A stretch of DNA of 60,019 nt, counting the filler. It is 4 parts of 4 records of this genome, joined end to end, with 100 filler letters (N's around TTAATTAATTAA, not from the genome) between each part and the next. Parts side by side here need not be neighbours in the genome. Positions count along the whole stretch, not along the records: positions 1 to 22,618 come from SRR22947727_1567; 3 more parts are not named here. One strand, given 5' to 3'. The position numbers and the translations under genes are program-made. The notes under the pieces were generated by a model, which did no database searches, had not been told where the DNA came from, and was given only the letters and a program-made list of their open reading frames with translations. Positions 10,464-19,941 of the stretch are shown in pieces; position 1 is the stretch's first letter, and each line of letters starts with the position of its first letter.

Positions 10464-11678
10464 TCAGGATGACGCCCTGTCATCCAGAAAATAGCGAAGA
10501 CTTTTGGCAATGAGATCTTGATCCTGATTGATGTCCATTGTCTTTTGCGCCTCGCGAAGACGAAGCCGATGCGCATATCCTGTTGGCAGAAAGGAAAATG
10601 GGTCATCAACGCCAAGTGCCTCAGCCGCATGGGCTGGCCAATCGGCATTCCATAATAATTCGCGTGCCATGGCGATAATATCTGCATCCCCTGCCTGCAA
10701 GATATCTTCGGCCTGCTTGGCGGTTGTGATGCCGCCAACGGCAACGGTTTTGATCTTGGCTTTATGCCGGATACGGCCGGAAAAACTGGCCTGATATGCC
10801 GGAATCCTTGGCACCATCGGCATGTCACTTGATCCGTTCACGCCGCCAGATGATACATCGACAACATCAATATCAACCGCACGAAGCGCCTTTGCCAAGG
10901 CAATTGAATCGGACAATCGCCAACTGCCGCCCTTGCCATCAACGGCTGAAAGCCGGAAAAAAACCGGCTTATCTTGCGGCCATTCTTCGCGAACCGCCGC
11001 GCCAATTTCGATGGCAAAGCGCATACGGTTTTCCAGCGATCCACCATAGGCATCGTCACGCTGATTGGCCGATGAGGACAGGAATTGATGGATAAGATAG
11101 CCATGCGCGCCATGGATTTCGACAATGTCATAACCGGCGTCAATGCTTCGCTTTGTTGCCGTCCGAAATGCCTCAATAACCCGCTTGATATCATCATGAT
11201 CCATTTCTTTTGGCGGAATGGGGCGGGGTGGGCTTATGGCCGCTGATGGCGTCATAATTTGCCATGGTGGCAAGCCATCTTTGGCATCTTCGGCGGTGAG
11301 TGGACGCCAATCTTCAATCGCGCCATGGCATGATCCCTTGCGACCCGAATGGCCAAGCTGGATTGCCGGAACCGCACCATGCTGTTTGATCATATCAGTC
11401 AAGCGGCGATAGGCGGCAATATGACTTTGATGATAAAGGCCAGCACAAGAATGGGTTTTGCGGCCATCGGGTTCGACTGCGGTTTCTTCACCAAACACAA
11501 TGCCGCAGCCACCAATGGCAAGCCTGCCAAGATGCATCATATGCCAATCATTTGGGCCACCATCATCCGAGTGATATTGGCACATTGGCGATGCCATGAT
11601 GCGGTTGCGGATTTCAAGCCCGCGCAATTTTGTTGGGGTGAAAAGCAAAGGGGTATTAGGTGAAGATTGCGCTGTCAC
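10464..11678 (-). CDS. NADH:flavin oxidoreductase (old yellow enzyme, NamA/YqjM-like)
   Basis: NRIMASPMCQY, QLGHSGRK, EIHGAHGYLIHQFLS, NQRDDAYGGSLENRMRF. Confidence 0.92.
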   Translation of the reverse strand: MTAQSSPNTPLLFTPTKLRGLEIRNRIMASPMCQYHSDDGGPNDWHMMHLGRLAIGGCGIVFGEETAVEPDGRKTHSCAGLYHQSHIAAYRRLTDMIKQHGAVPAIQLGHSGRKGSCHGAIEDWRPLTAEDAKDGLPPWQIMTPSAAISPPRPIPPKEMDHDDIKRVIEAFRTATKRSIDAGYDIVEIHGAHGYLIHQFLSSSANQRDDAYGGSLENRMRFAIEIGAAVREEWPQDKPVFFRLSAVDGKGGSWRLSDSIALAKALRAVDIDVVDVSSGGVNGSSDMPMVPRIPAYQASFSGRIRHKAKIKTVAVGGITTAKQAEDILQAGDADIIAMARELLWNADWPAHAAEALGVDDPFSFLPTGYAHRLRLREAQKTMDINQDQDLIAKSLRYFLDDRASS

Positions 11679-11915
11679 GTTGATCGGCCTCGGTAAAAAT
11701 GAATAAAGACATTGAAATGCGCAATGGACAAACCACGCATGCGATTGATCTATCTTTGCTGGTCAAACGACCCAACGCAACAGGATTATCAAAAAACCCT
11801 TGCCGCCCATCATGGCCGGATGATTTGGCACTGACGATCTTGATCAAACCTGTTTATGATCATGGGTAATATAATCGCGCCCAAGCTGATACAATGCCCA
11901 AATGGAGACAGTTTC

Positions 11916-12305
11916 ATGACATTACCTTCCAAATTAGCCAATGCTCAGACCGCATTGATCGAGGTTCGTGATTCAAAGCTTCATGGGCTTGGTGTTTTTG
12001 CTTGTGTCGATCTGCCAAAAGGCAGCGTTATCGAACGCTGTTTCTATCTTGTGATTGATGATGATGATTTGCAGGAAATCAACCGGCTGAATGATTATCT
12101 ATTCATAAGCCCCGATGTGAAAAGCGACTATCTTTGCGTTTTGGGCTGCGGGATGATTTATAATCATGGTGCGCCGCCAAATGCCGAATGGCAAATTGCC
12201 GATGATGATAATCGCTTTATCGAATTCATCGCACTTGCCGATATTAAAGCTGGTGATGAAATCCTGCATGATTATGGCAACGACTATTGGGATAGCCGCA
12301 CCTAG
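11916..12305 (+). CDS. SET domain protein (putative lysine methyltransferase)
   Basis: S..HGLGVFA, YNH...PNA, DIKAGDEILHDYG..YW. SD GGAG precedes the ATG at 11916. Confidence 0.85.
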   Translation: MTLPSKLANAQTALIEVRDSKLHGLGVFACVDLPKGSVIERCFYLVIDDDDLQEINRLNDYLFISPDVKSDYLCVLGCGMIYNHGAPPNAEWQIADDDNRFIEFIALADIKAGDEILHDYGNDYWDSRT

Positions 12306-12308
12306 CGA

Positions 12309-13121
12309 TTATTGTTTCGGCATCTCATCAAGGCGAACCATCAAGCCTTGTTTGCCAGCAACAGCAGGATAGCGTTCCATCACCTTTGGATCATGTCCTG
12401 GAATGATATGATCGGGGCTCGGTGCAACCTTTTTCAGCCGGTCAAAGCTTTCCATCATCTCGCCAACATGAAAGGCAATGGTGAAGGGGCGATAATCCTG
12501 CATATGTTCGTAATAATGGCTGGCATCCGATGCCAGAACAACCCAGCCGCGCTTGGTGTGAACCGAAACAAATTGCAACCCTGCCGAATGGCCACCCGTT
12601 CGGTGCAGCCGCAGCCCTGACGATAAATCACCATCACCGTCATAAAAAGTGACCTTTTGCGCGTAATTAAGCCGAACAATGCCGCAAACATCATCCAGTT
12701 CAAACGCATGTTGTAATTGCGGATAGCGCATATAGCGGCCAGTGGCAAATTGCAGCTCTTGTTCTTGAAGATGGAATTGTGCATTCGGAAACCGGTCAAA
12801 ATTGCCCGAATGATCATAGTGAAGATGCGTCAGAACAACATCATCCACCGCATCGGCAGCGATACCGAAATCGGCCAAAGTCTGGATCGGGCATTGAATG
12901 AAATCGCGCTTGCGCTTGATCGCCATTTCGGCGGTAAAACCGGTATCAATCACCACAATATGATCATCTGACTTGGCCAGCCAAACAAAATAATCCATTG
13001 GCATGGGGCCATCATGCGGATCGCCGCCAATAAAATGTTCGCTTCGTACCGCATCGCGGGCGGCATAGCGGATAGCATAAAGCTCATAAATGGGAAGATC
13101 GGGTGAAGCTGGGTTTGACAT
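12309..13121 (-). CDS. Metallo-beta-lactamase fold hydrolase (N-acyl homoserine lactonase family)
   Basis: IDTG, THLHYDHSG (HxHxDH), GGHSAG, SDASH, PGHD. Start uncertain (13121-13154). Confidence 0.85.
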   Translation of the reverse strand: MSNPASPDLPIYELYAIRYAARDAVRSEHFIGGDPHDGPMPMDYFVWLAKSDDHIVVIDTGFTAEMAIKRKRDFIQCPIQTLADFGIAADAVDDVVLTHLHYDHSGNFDRFPNAQFHLQEQELQFATGRYMRYPQLQHAFELDDVCGIVRLNYAQKVTFYDGDGDLSSGLRLHRTGGHSAGLQFVSVHTKRGWVVLASDASHYYEHMQDYRPFTIAFHVGEMMESFDRLKKVAPSPDHIIPGHDPKVMERYPAVAGKQGLMVRLDEMPKQ

Positions 13122-13385
13122 AAAGGCCATCCGGTTGCCGTAATGAAAAAACAAAGATTAATGTGTTAACTATTAATGTGGTTTTCTTGCCAGCGATGGC
13201 AACAAAAAAATACAGATCTTGCCAAGGCGACGATAAATGCCAGCAACGCTATTTTTGCGCTTGTTTGATTTTGGATAGATTTTTACCAGCAGTGGCGTAT
13301 TGTTCTTAGCATATTGATGCGTAAGCCATGCTGGCGAGCCGAGATAATGCCAGCTCTTAATGATGATAATAAGGAATGCGATAAG

Positions 13386-15710
13386 ATGAGCCTGACCAGC
13401 GCACATTGGGGAACCTATCACGCCCATGTCAAGGATGGTCGTTTGACTGGCCTTAGCCATTTTGCCGAAGATTCTGACCCAAGCGAAATTGGCAAAGGCA
13501 TTGTTGATGTGATTGACAATGAATCGCGTATCATGGGGCCGATGATTAGGAAAAGCTGGCTTGAGTCAGGGCCGGGAAGCCATCCCGAACGGCGCGGGAT
13601 TGATCCATTTGTGCGGGTTAGCTGGGATCAGGCAAATCAGATTGTCGCTGCCGAGCTTGACCGTGTCATCGCCGCGCATGGGAATGAGGCGATTTATGCC
13701 GGATCATATGGCTGGGCAAGCGCTGGCCGGTTTCACCATGCGCCCGGGCAATTGCACCGGTTTTTAAATGCGCTTGGTGGCTATACCAAATCGGTCAATA
13801 CCTACAGCTTTGCCGCTGCCGAGGTGATTGTGCCGCATGTGATCGGCCATTTCCGCAATTATATCTATAATCAGACAAGCTGGACATCGGTTCGTGATCA
13901 TTGCCAGCTATTTGTTGCCTTTGGCGGGGTGGCGCTGAAAAATGGGCAGATTGGGCAAGGCGGTCTTGGCCGTCATATTCAAAAGGAATCGATACTAGAG
14001 GCGCATAAAAATGGCGTTGAATTTATCTCAGTCTCGCCGCTTCGTTCAGACATGATTGATGATGTCGATGCTGCGTGGCTGTCGATCCGCCCAAATAGTG
14101 ATGCCGCGTTGATGATCGGGCTTTGTCATGTGCTGTTTGACGAAGGCTTGCATGACCGTGCCTTTCTTGATCGCTATTGTGTTGGTTTTGACCAATTTGC
14201 CGACTATCTAACCGGTGCCATTGACGGCATTGCCAAAGATGCTGCATGGGCTGGTGCCATCTGCGCAATGGATGCCGAGGCAATCAAAGCGCTTGCCCGC
14301 CGCATGGCAAAATCACGGACGATGCTGTCATTCAGCTGGTCATTGACGCGGCAGGCGCATGGCGAACAGCCTTTTTGGGCGGGGATTACGCTAGCGGCCA
14401 TGCTTGGCCAGATTGGATTGCCCGGAGGTGGATTTGGGCTTGGCTATTCGGCGGTGAATACGGTTGGCAATCATATTCAGCGTTTGCCGGTTGCCGCGAT
14501 GCCGCAAGGCAAAAATGATGTCAAAACCTTTATCCCTGTTGCCCGCATTGCCGATATGCTTCTTCATCCGGGTGATGAATTTGATTATGATGGCGGGCGC
14601 TATCGCTATCCCGATATCAAGATGATCTATTGGGCTGGTGGTAATCCATTTCACCATCACCAAGATTTGACGCGGCTTTTGGCTGGCTGGCGCAAGCCGG
14701 ACACAATCATTGCGCATGAATGGTGCTGGAACGCGCTTGCCAAACATGCCGATATTATTCTGCCTTGCACCACCTCGCTTGAGAGAACCGATATCGCCAT
14801 GTCGCCAATGGATAATTATTTCGTGTCGATGCAGGCGGCGATTGCGCCGGTTGGTGATGCGCGTGATGATTATGAAATTTTCCGCGGCATTGCCGCCAAT
14901 ATGGGTGCCGAAAACGCCTTTACCGAAGGCCGCTCTGCCGAAGATTGGCAACGCTGGCTTTATGATGTCACCAAACAGGCATCAGCCGAGCAAGGCCATG
15001 AATTGCCAAGCTATGATGCGTTTCGCAAAGATGGCTGGTTTAAATTACCACCGCCGGCAACAGCGCATGTCATGTTTGCTGATTTCCGCGCCGATCCGGT
15101 GGCCAATCCATTGGCAACGCCAAGCGGCAAGATTGAGATTTTTTCACAAACTATTGCCGGTTTTGATTATGACGATTGCGCGCCGCATCCATGCTGGTTT
15201 GCACCGCCTGAATGGCTTGGCAGCCCTGATCGTGGCTCGCGGCTACATCTTCTTGGAAACCAGCCAACCGCGCGACTTCATTCGCAGCTTGATCATGGCA
15301 GCATAAGCCGTGACGCGAAAATTGCCGGCCATGAGCCGGTCAAGATCAACCACCAAGATGCCGCCGAACGCGCCATTGAAAATGGCGATATTGTGCGGCT
15401 TTATAATGATCGTGGGTCATGTCTTTGCGGGGCAATTGTCAGTGATGAGGTGATGCAGGGCGTGCTGATCGTCAGTACCGGCGCATGGTTTGACCCCGAT
15501 CCGTCAGGCGCGTCCGGCCTTAGCTGTCATCATGGAAATCCCAATGTATTGACGCCGGATCTTGGCACATCAAATTTGGCTCAGGGGCCAGCCGCCCATT
15601 CCTGTCTTGTCGATGTGGAAAAATGGAACGGTGGTGCGGTTGCGATGACAGCGCATAAGCCGCCCCTGATTGAAGATGGTCGCCGCCAAGATTCAAAGGC
15701 AACATCATGA
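13386..15710 (+). CDS. Molybdopterin oxidoreductase, BisC/DMSO-reductase type, no Tat signal
   Basis: TSAHWG, FVRVSWD, GSYGWASAGRFH, NTYSFAAA (Ser ligand), YWAGGNPFHHHQD, TPSGKIEI, RLHSQL. Confidence 0.9.
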   Translation: MSLTSAHWGTYHAHVKDGRLTGLSHFAEDSDPSEIGKGIVDVIDNESRIMGPMIRKSWLESGPGSHPERRGIDPFVRVSWDQANQIVAAELDRVIAAHGNEAIYAGSYGWASAGRFHHAPGQLHRFLNALGGYTKSVNTYSFAAAEVIVPHVIGHFRNYIYNQTSWTSVRDHCQLFVAFGGVALKNGQIGQGGLGRHIQKESILEAHKNGVEFISVSPLRSDMIDDVDAAWLSIRPNSDAALMIGLCHVLFDEGLHDRAFLDRYCVGFDQFADYLTGAIDGIAKDAAWAGAICAMDAEAIKALARRMAKSRTMLSFSWSLTRQAHGEQPFWAGITLAAMLGQIGLPGGGFGLGYSAVNTVGNHIQRLPVAAMPQGKNDVKTFIPVARIADMLLHPGDEFDYDGGRYRYPDIKMIYWAGGNPFHHHQDLTRLLAGWRKPDTIIAHEWCWNALAKHADIILPCTTSLERTDIAMSPMDNYFVSMQAAIAPVGDARDDYEIFRGIAANMGAENAFTEGRSAEDWQRWLYDVTKQASAEQGHELPSYDAFRKDGWFKLPPPATAHVMFADFRADPVANPLATPSGKIEIFSQTIAGFDYDDCAPHPCWFAPPEWLGSPDRGSRLHLLGNQPTARLHSQLDHGSISRDAKIAGHEPVKINHQDAAERAIENGDIVRLYNDRGSCLCGAIVSDEVMQGVLIVSTGAWFDPDPSGASGLSCHHGNPNVLTPDLGTSNLAQGPAAHSCLVDVEKWNGGAVAMTAHKPPLIEDGRRQDSKATS

Positions 15711-16549
15711 GCTGGCAGGTTTGGCGTGATCACGGCATGGAATCGCAATTCAATCCGCGCGTTGCTGTTGGCGATGCGGCTGCGGCTTGTCTTGCGGCAT
15801 GGGCTGATCAATCGGCAATTCGCAAAGCTGAATTAACCGGTCGTTTTGATCTTGCCTATGGCGCGCATCATCTGATGAATTATGATTTTCATCCGGGGCA
15901 TAAAGACCGGCCAATCATCATCAATTTTCATGGCGGCTATTGGCGGGCACTTGATAAGGCCGATATGAATCATCACATGGCCGATCTGGCAAAAAGTGGA
16001 TTTGGGCTAGTCAATATAAATTACCCGCTTTGCCCCGAGGTAAGCATGACCCAGATGATGACGCATCTTGGCACTGGCATTGACGAGGTGATGAAAATGC
16101 TTGATGCAGGCGGCCATCATCAGCCGATCATCATGTTTGGTCATTCGGCCGGTGCGCATATTGCGCTTCATTTGTCGCATCACCCAAAATTAGCAAACCG
16201 GCTTGCGGGGATTGCTGCGCTATCGGGCATTTATGAAACCGAATTGGTGCGGGAACTGGCGGTTAATGAAGATGTGCGTCTTAGCAAAGACGAGGCGCAT
16301 AAATGGAATTGTTTAACCCATATGCCGGCGGTTGGGCCTGCCTATTATATTGCGGTTGGCGGTGCCGAGCCATCTGGCTGGATTGACCAATCATGGATCA
16401 TGGCAGAGGCGCTTTGCCAGCGTGGTGACAGCGTCCAGTTTCATGGCTGCGGTGGCCTGCATCATTTCAATCTTGTTGATTGTTTATGCGATGCTAATCA
16501 CAATGATGGTGCGCAGCTTCATGACTGGATGAAATCCTTGTCGCGCTAA
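15707..16549 (+). CDS. Alpha/beta hydrolase (arylformamidase-like)
   Basis: HGGYW, GHSAG nucleophile elbow, LSGIY, HHF. Confidence 0.85.
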   Translation: MSWQVWRDHGMESQFNPRVAVGDAAAACLAAWADQSAIRKAELTGRFDLAYGAHHLMNYDFHPGHKDRPIIINFHGGYWRALDKADMNHHMADLAKSGFGLVNINYPLCPEVSMTQMMTHLGTGIDEVMKMLDAGGHHQPIIMFGHSAGAHIALHLSHHPKLANRLAGIAALSGIYETELVRELAVNEDVRLSKDEAHKWNCLTHMPAVGPAYYIAVGGAEPSGWIDQSWIMAEALCQRGDSVQFHGCGGLHHFNLVDCLCDANHNDGAQLHDWMKSLSR

Positions 16550-16555
16550 TCGCAA

Positions 16556-17629
16556 TCAGCCTTTTTTGGCGATATAATCTGACAGGATATCTTCGCCAAG
16601 ACCGGCCACCAATTTGGCCTGACCACCAACCGAAGCAGCATTATCCGCCGACGCATTGCCATCAAGGTGACGTTTTAGAACGCCTTGTAAGATGGCGGCA
16701 AAACGGAAACATTGAAAGGCAATGAGCGCGTCCCAATTTGCCGGACGTTCAAGGCCGGTTTTGGCGCAAAAGGCGGTAACCAGCGCGGCTTCATCCGGAA
16801 TGCCAAGACTGGCTCGATCAATGCCGCCAAGCCCGCCAATTGGCCATTTAGCATCCATGCGAAGCATCGCACACCAATAGCTAAGATCAATGAAGGCCGG
16901 CCCAAGGGTGCTTAATTCCCAATCGATCAAGGCTGCGATTTTGACCTGATCGCGGATCAACAGATTATCCAGCCGGAAATCGCCATGGATGACGCAAAAG
17001 CCGGGAATTTCTAAATCAAGGCAATTTGGCAGTTCGGCAAGCAGAAATTCCATCGCGGCAATCGGCTCGGTTTCACTGGCGCGATATTGGCGCGTCCATG
17101 TGCCAAGCTGGCGGTCAATATAGCCTGATGGTTTACCAAAGCCCTCAAGCCCAAGCGCAATCGGATCAAGCTGTGCCAAAGCGGCAAGAACGTCAATTTT
17201 AGCATGAAACAGGGCGTGCCGATCAGCGCCAGCATAGCCTGCCAAAGCAGGATCAAATAGGGTCTCGCCTTCAACTTCCCGCATGATGAAAAACTTCATG
17301 CCAATAACATCTGGATCATCGCAAGCGGCAATCATCCCCGGAACCGGTACCGCCGTTTTACCCAATGCTTTCATGACGCGAAATTCGCGATCAACCGCGT
17401 GCGCTGATTTCAACAACAAGCCAACTGGCTGCGTGCGAAGAACAAACCGGCCATCCTGTTTGCCAAGATTGGTTTGTAGGCGGTATGTCGGGTTTGACTG
17501 GCCACTTGAAAATTTGTCCAAATTGATCGGTGCGCCAATTTGCGGGGCGGCGGTTTGCAGCCATTCTGTCAGTGATGACAAAAGTGATTCTTCACGCGCT
17601 TTGTCGGGGCCGTCAGGAAAATTTGTCAT
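16556..17629 (-). CDS. Phosphotransferase family protein (APH / ACAD10-11 kinase domain, LvaA-like)
   Basis: GQSNPTY, SAHAVDREFRV, HGDFRLDN, DWELSTLG. Start uncertain (17629-17650). Confidence 0.88.
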   Translation of the reverse strand: MTNFPDGPDKAREESLLSSLTEWLQTAAPQIGAPINLDKFSSGQSNPTYRLQTNLGKQDGRFVLRTQPVGLLLKSAHAVDREFRVMKALGKTAVPVPGMIAACDDPDVIGMKFFIMREVEGETLFDPALAGYAGADRHALFHAKIDVLAALAQLDPIALGLEGFGKPSGYIDRQLGTWTRQYRASETEPIAAMEFLLAELPNCLDLEIPGFCVIHGDFRLDNLLIRDQVKIAALIDWELSTLGPAFIDLSYWCAMLRMDAKWPIGGLGGIDRASLGIPDEAALVTAFCAKTGLERPANWDALIAFQCFRFAAILQGVLKRHLDGNASADNAASVGGQAKLVAGLGEDILSDYIAKKG

Positions 17630-17859
17630 CACATAGCTCTGATTTAACAATGATCGGGTGAAATTGCGATTTGCAAGGTCAACAAAGGGGCAGATGGCAA
17701 GATTGTTTTGACCATCTTGGCTCAGCTAGCGTAAGTTTACTAGGCTGTTTCAAGTGATGAAACGAAAAAGACGCTAACGTGCATGATTGCTATGACTGCC
17801 ATCCATTTTAACTCAACTTCAGGTCACGTCATGATAAATTTTGGTTTTGGAGAAAGTAC

Positions 17860-18594
17860 ATGACCGGAAAACTTCATGGGAAGACGATTGTGGTCACGGG
17901 CGCCGCGCGCGGCCTTGGCGCCCTGTTTTGTCGCGCCATTGCCGATGCTGGCGGAACCATTCTTGCGCTTGGCCGTGATGAGGCGGCATTGGTGGCGATG
18001 ATTGCCGGTTTGTCGGGCACCGGCCATGATCTGGTTCTGGCCGATGTGGCCAAGGCTGATGCGGTTAGAGATGGGCTTGCCAGCCGCCAGTTTGATGGGC
18101 TTGTGAATAATGCCGGCATCGCGGTGACTGCTGCATTACATGCCAGTACCGAAGATGATGTAAGACGCGTCATTGATACGAATTTTCTTGGCAGCCTATG
18201 GACATTGCAGGCGGCGGTTCCGGTGCTAAAGGCCGCTGGTGGCGGGGTTATTGTGAATATCGCATCAGTGCTAGGCCATCGCCCATTGCCGCATACCGGA
18301 ATCTATGCAGCCAGCAAAGCGGCAATCATGCAGATGACACGTTCGGCAGCGATTGAGCTTGCGCGCGACCATATTCGGGTGAATGCGCTGGCACCTGGTT
18401 ATGTGATGACCGATCTAAACCGTGATTTTCTCGCAAGCGATGCTGGCATAAAGCTGCAAAAACGGACCGCGCTTCACCGTTTTGCCAGCCCTGCCGAATT
18501 GATGCCAGCTTTGTTATTTCTGCTGGACCCAGCCAACAGCTATATGACGGGTGAAACCCTGACCATTGATGGCGGCATGAGTGCCAGCCTCTAA
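17860..18594 (+). CDS. SDR family oxidoreductase
   Basis: TGAARGLG, NNAG, YAASK, RVNALAPG. Confidence 0.92.
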   Translation: MTGKLHGKTIVVTGAARGLGALFCRAIADAGGTILALGRDEAALVAMIAGLSGTGHDLVLADVAKADAVRDGLASRQFDGLVNNAGIAVTAALHASTEDDVRRVIDTNFLGSLWTLQAAVPVLKAAGGGVIVNIASVLGHRPLPHTGIYAASKAAIMQMTRSAAIELARDHIRVNALAPGYVMTDLNRDFLASDAGIKLQKRTALHRFASPAELMPALLFLLDPANSYMTGETLTIDGGMSASL

Positions 18595-18606
18595 AAAAGA
18601 TAGGAC

Positions 18607-18645
18607 ACCGAAAAGATATCCTGAAAAGAGATCCCGAAAAGAGAA
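18607..18645. repeat. Three degenerate 13-bp tandem repeats
   Basis: ACCGAAAAGATAT / CCTGAAAAGAGAT / CCCGAAAAGAGAA between the SDR and ACAD genes. Confidence 0.6.
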
Positions 18646-18707
18646 AAAGTCCCAAACAAACGGGCTTAGACAAATGACCGCTTTGAAAAGAATAGGATTG
18701 CCAAAAT

Positions 18708-19916
18708 ATGGATTTTTCAATTGATGCCGCATTACAGGCCGATCACGATCGGTTGCGCGCCTTTGTCCGCGATGAAATAGTGCCGCTTGAAGCTGATCGG
18801 AAGAATTACGATTCCTACGGCAATATTGATATGGCGGTATTGCAAACGCTTCGTGCCAAGGTCAAGGCGGCTGGTTTATGGGCGCCGCAAATCCCGCGTG
18901 AACAGGGTGGGCTTGGTTATGGGCCAACCGGCATGGCAGTGTTGTATGAGGCCATGAATTATTCGATCTTCGGGCCGGTTGCGTTCAATTGTGCAGCACC
19001 TGATGATGGCAATATGTATATTTTGAATAAAGTTGCCACCCAAGCGCAAAAAGATCGCTGGCTGACACCAATTATCAATGGCGATGTGCGTTCATCTTTT
19101 GCCATGACCGAGCCCGCGCCCGGTGGCGGTTCCGACCCAAGCATGATCCAAACAACGGCAAAGCGGGTGAATGGCAAATGGATCATTAATGGCCGTAAAT
19201 GGTATATTACCGGTGCTGGCGAGGCGGCGCATTTTATTTTGATGGCCAAAACAGGTGATGGTGCGCGTGACGGGCTAACCGCTTTTTTGTTTCACCGTGA
19301 TGACCCGGGCTGGCGCATCGAAAGACGGATTGGCATCATGGGGCCAGAAGAACATGGCGGCCATTGTGAATTGGTCTTTGATGGCATGGAACTTGATGAT
19401 GACCGTGTGCTGATGGGCGAGGGCAAAGGCCTGAAGGTAACGCAAATCCGGCTTGGGCTTGCGCGGTTAACGCATTGCATGCGCTGGCTTGGGCTAGCCA
19501 AACGTGCGGTTGATATTGCGGCTGATTATGCGGCGCACCGCACTGGTTTTGGCATCAAGCTGATTGACCGTGAGTCGATTCAGATGAAGCTTGGTCAGGC
19601 AGCGATGGATATCGAGATTGGCCGTGTCATGGTGATGCGCGCGGCATGGCGAATTGAACAGGGGTCAAAGGCACGCCAAGATATTTCAATTGCGAAAATC
19701 CATGTGTCGCAATTATTGAATCGGGTCACAAGCGACGCTATTCAAATTTGTGGCGCGCGTGGCTATTCAACTGATACGGTTTTGGAATGGATCTATCGCT
19801 ATGGGCGTCAGGCATTGCTTGTTGATGGCGCAACTGAAGTGCATCAGATGGTTATTAGCCGGTTTTTACAACAAACAGATCATGATTTCTGGGGCTGGGG
19901 TGTTGGCCATGATTAA
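18708..19916 (+). CDS. Acyl-CoA dehydrogenase family protein (ACAD11/LvaC-like)
   Basis: FNCAAPDDGNM, FAMTEP, NGRKWYITGA, QIRLGLARLTHCMRWLG, DGATEVH. Confidence 0.9.
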   Translation: MDFSIDAALQADHDRLRAFVRDEIVPLEADRKNYDSYGNIDMAVLQTLRAKVKAAGLWAPQIPREQGGLGYGPTGMAVLYEAMNYSIFGPVAFNCAAPDDGNMYILNKVATQAQKDRWLTPIINGDVRSSFAMTEPAPGGGSDPSMIQTTAKRVNGKWIINGRKWYITGAGEAAHFILMAKTGDGARDGLTAFLFHRDDPGWRIERRIGIMGPEEHGGHCELVFDGMELDDDRVLMGEGKGLKVTQIRLGLARLTHCMRWLGLAKRAVDIAADYAAHRTGFGIKLIDRESIQMKLGQAAMDIEIGRVMVMRAAWRIEQGSKARQDISIAKIHVSQLLNRVTSDAIQICGARGYSTDTVLEWIYRYGRQALLVDGATEVHQMVISRFLQQTDHDFWGWGVGHD

Positions 19917-19941
19917 TCTGAATCAAGAGGGGGTTTAAGCT

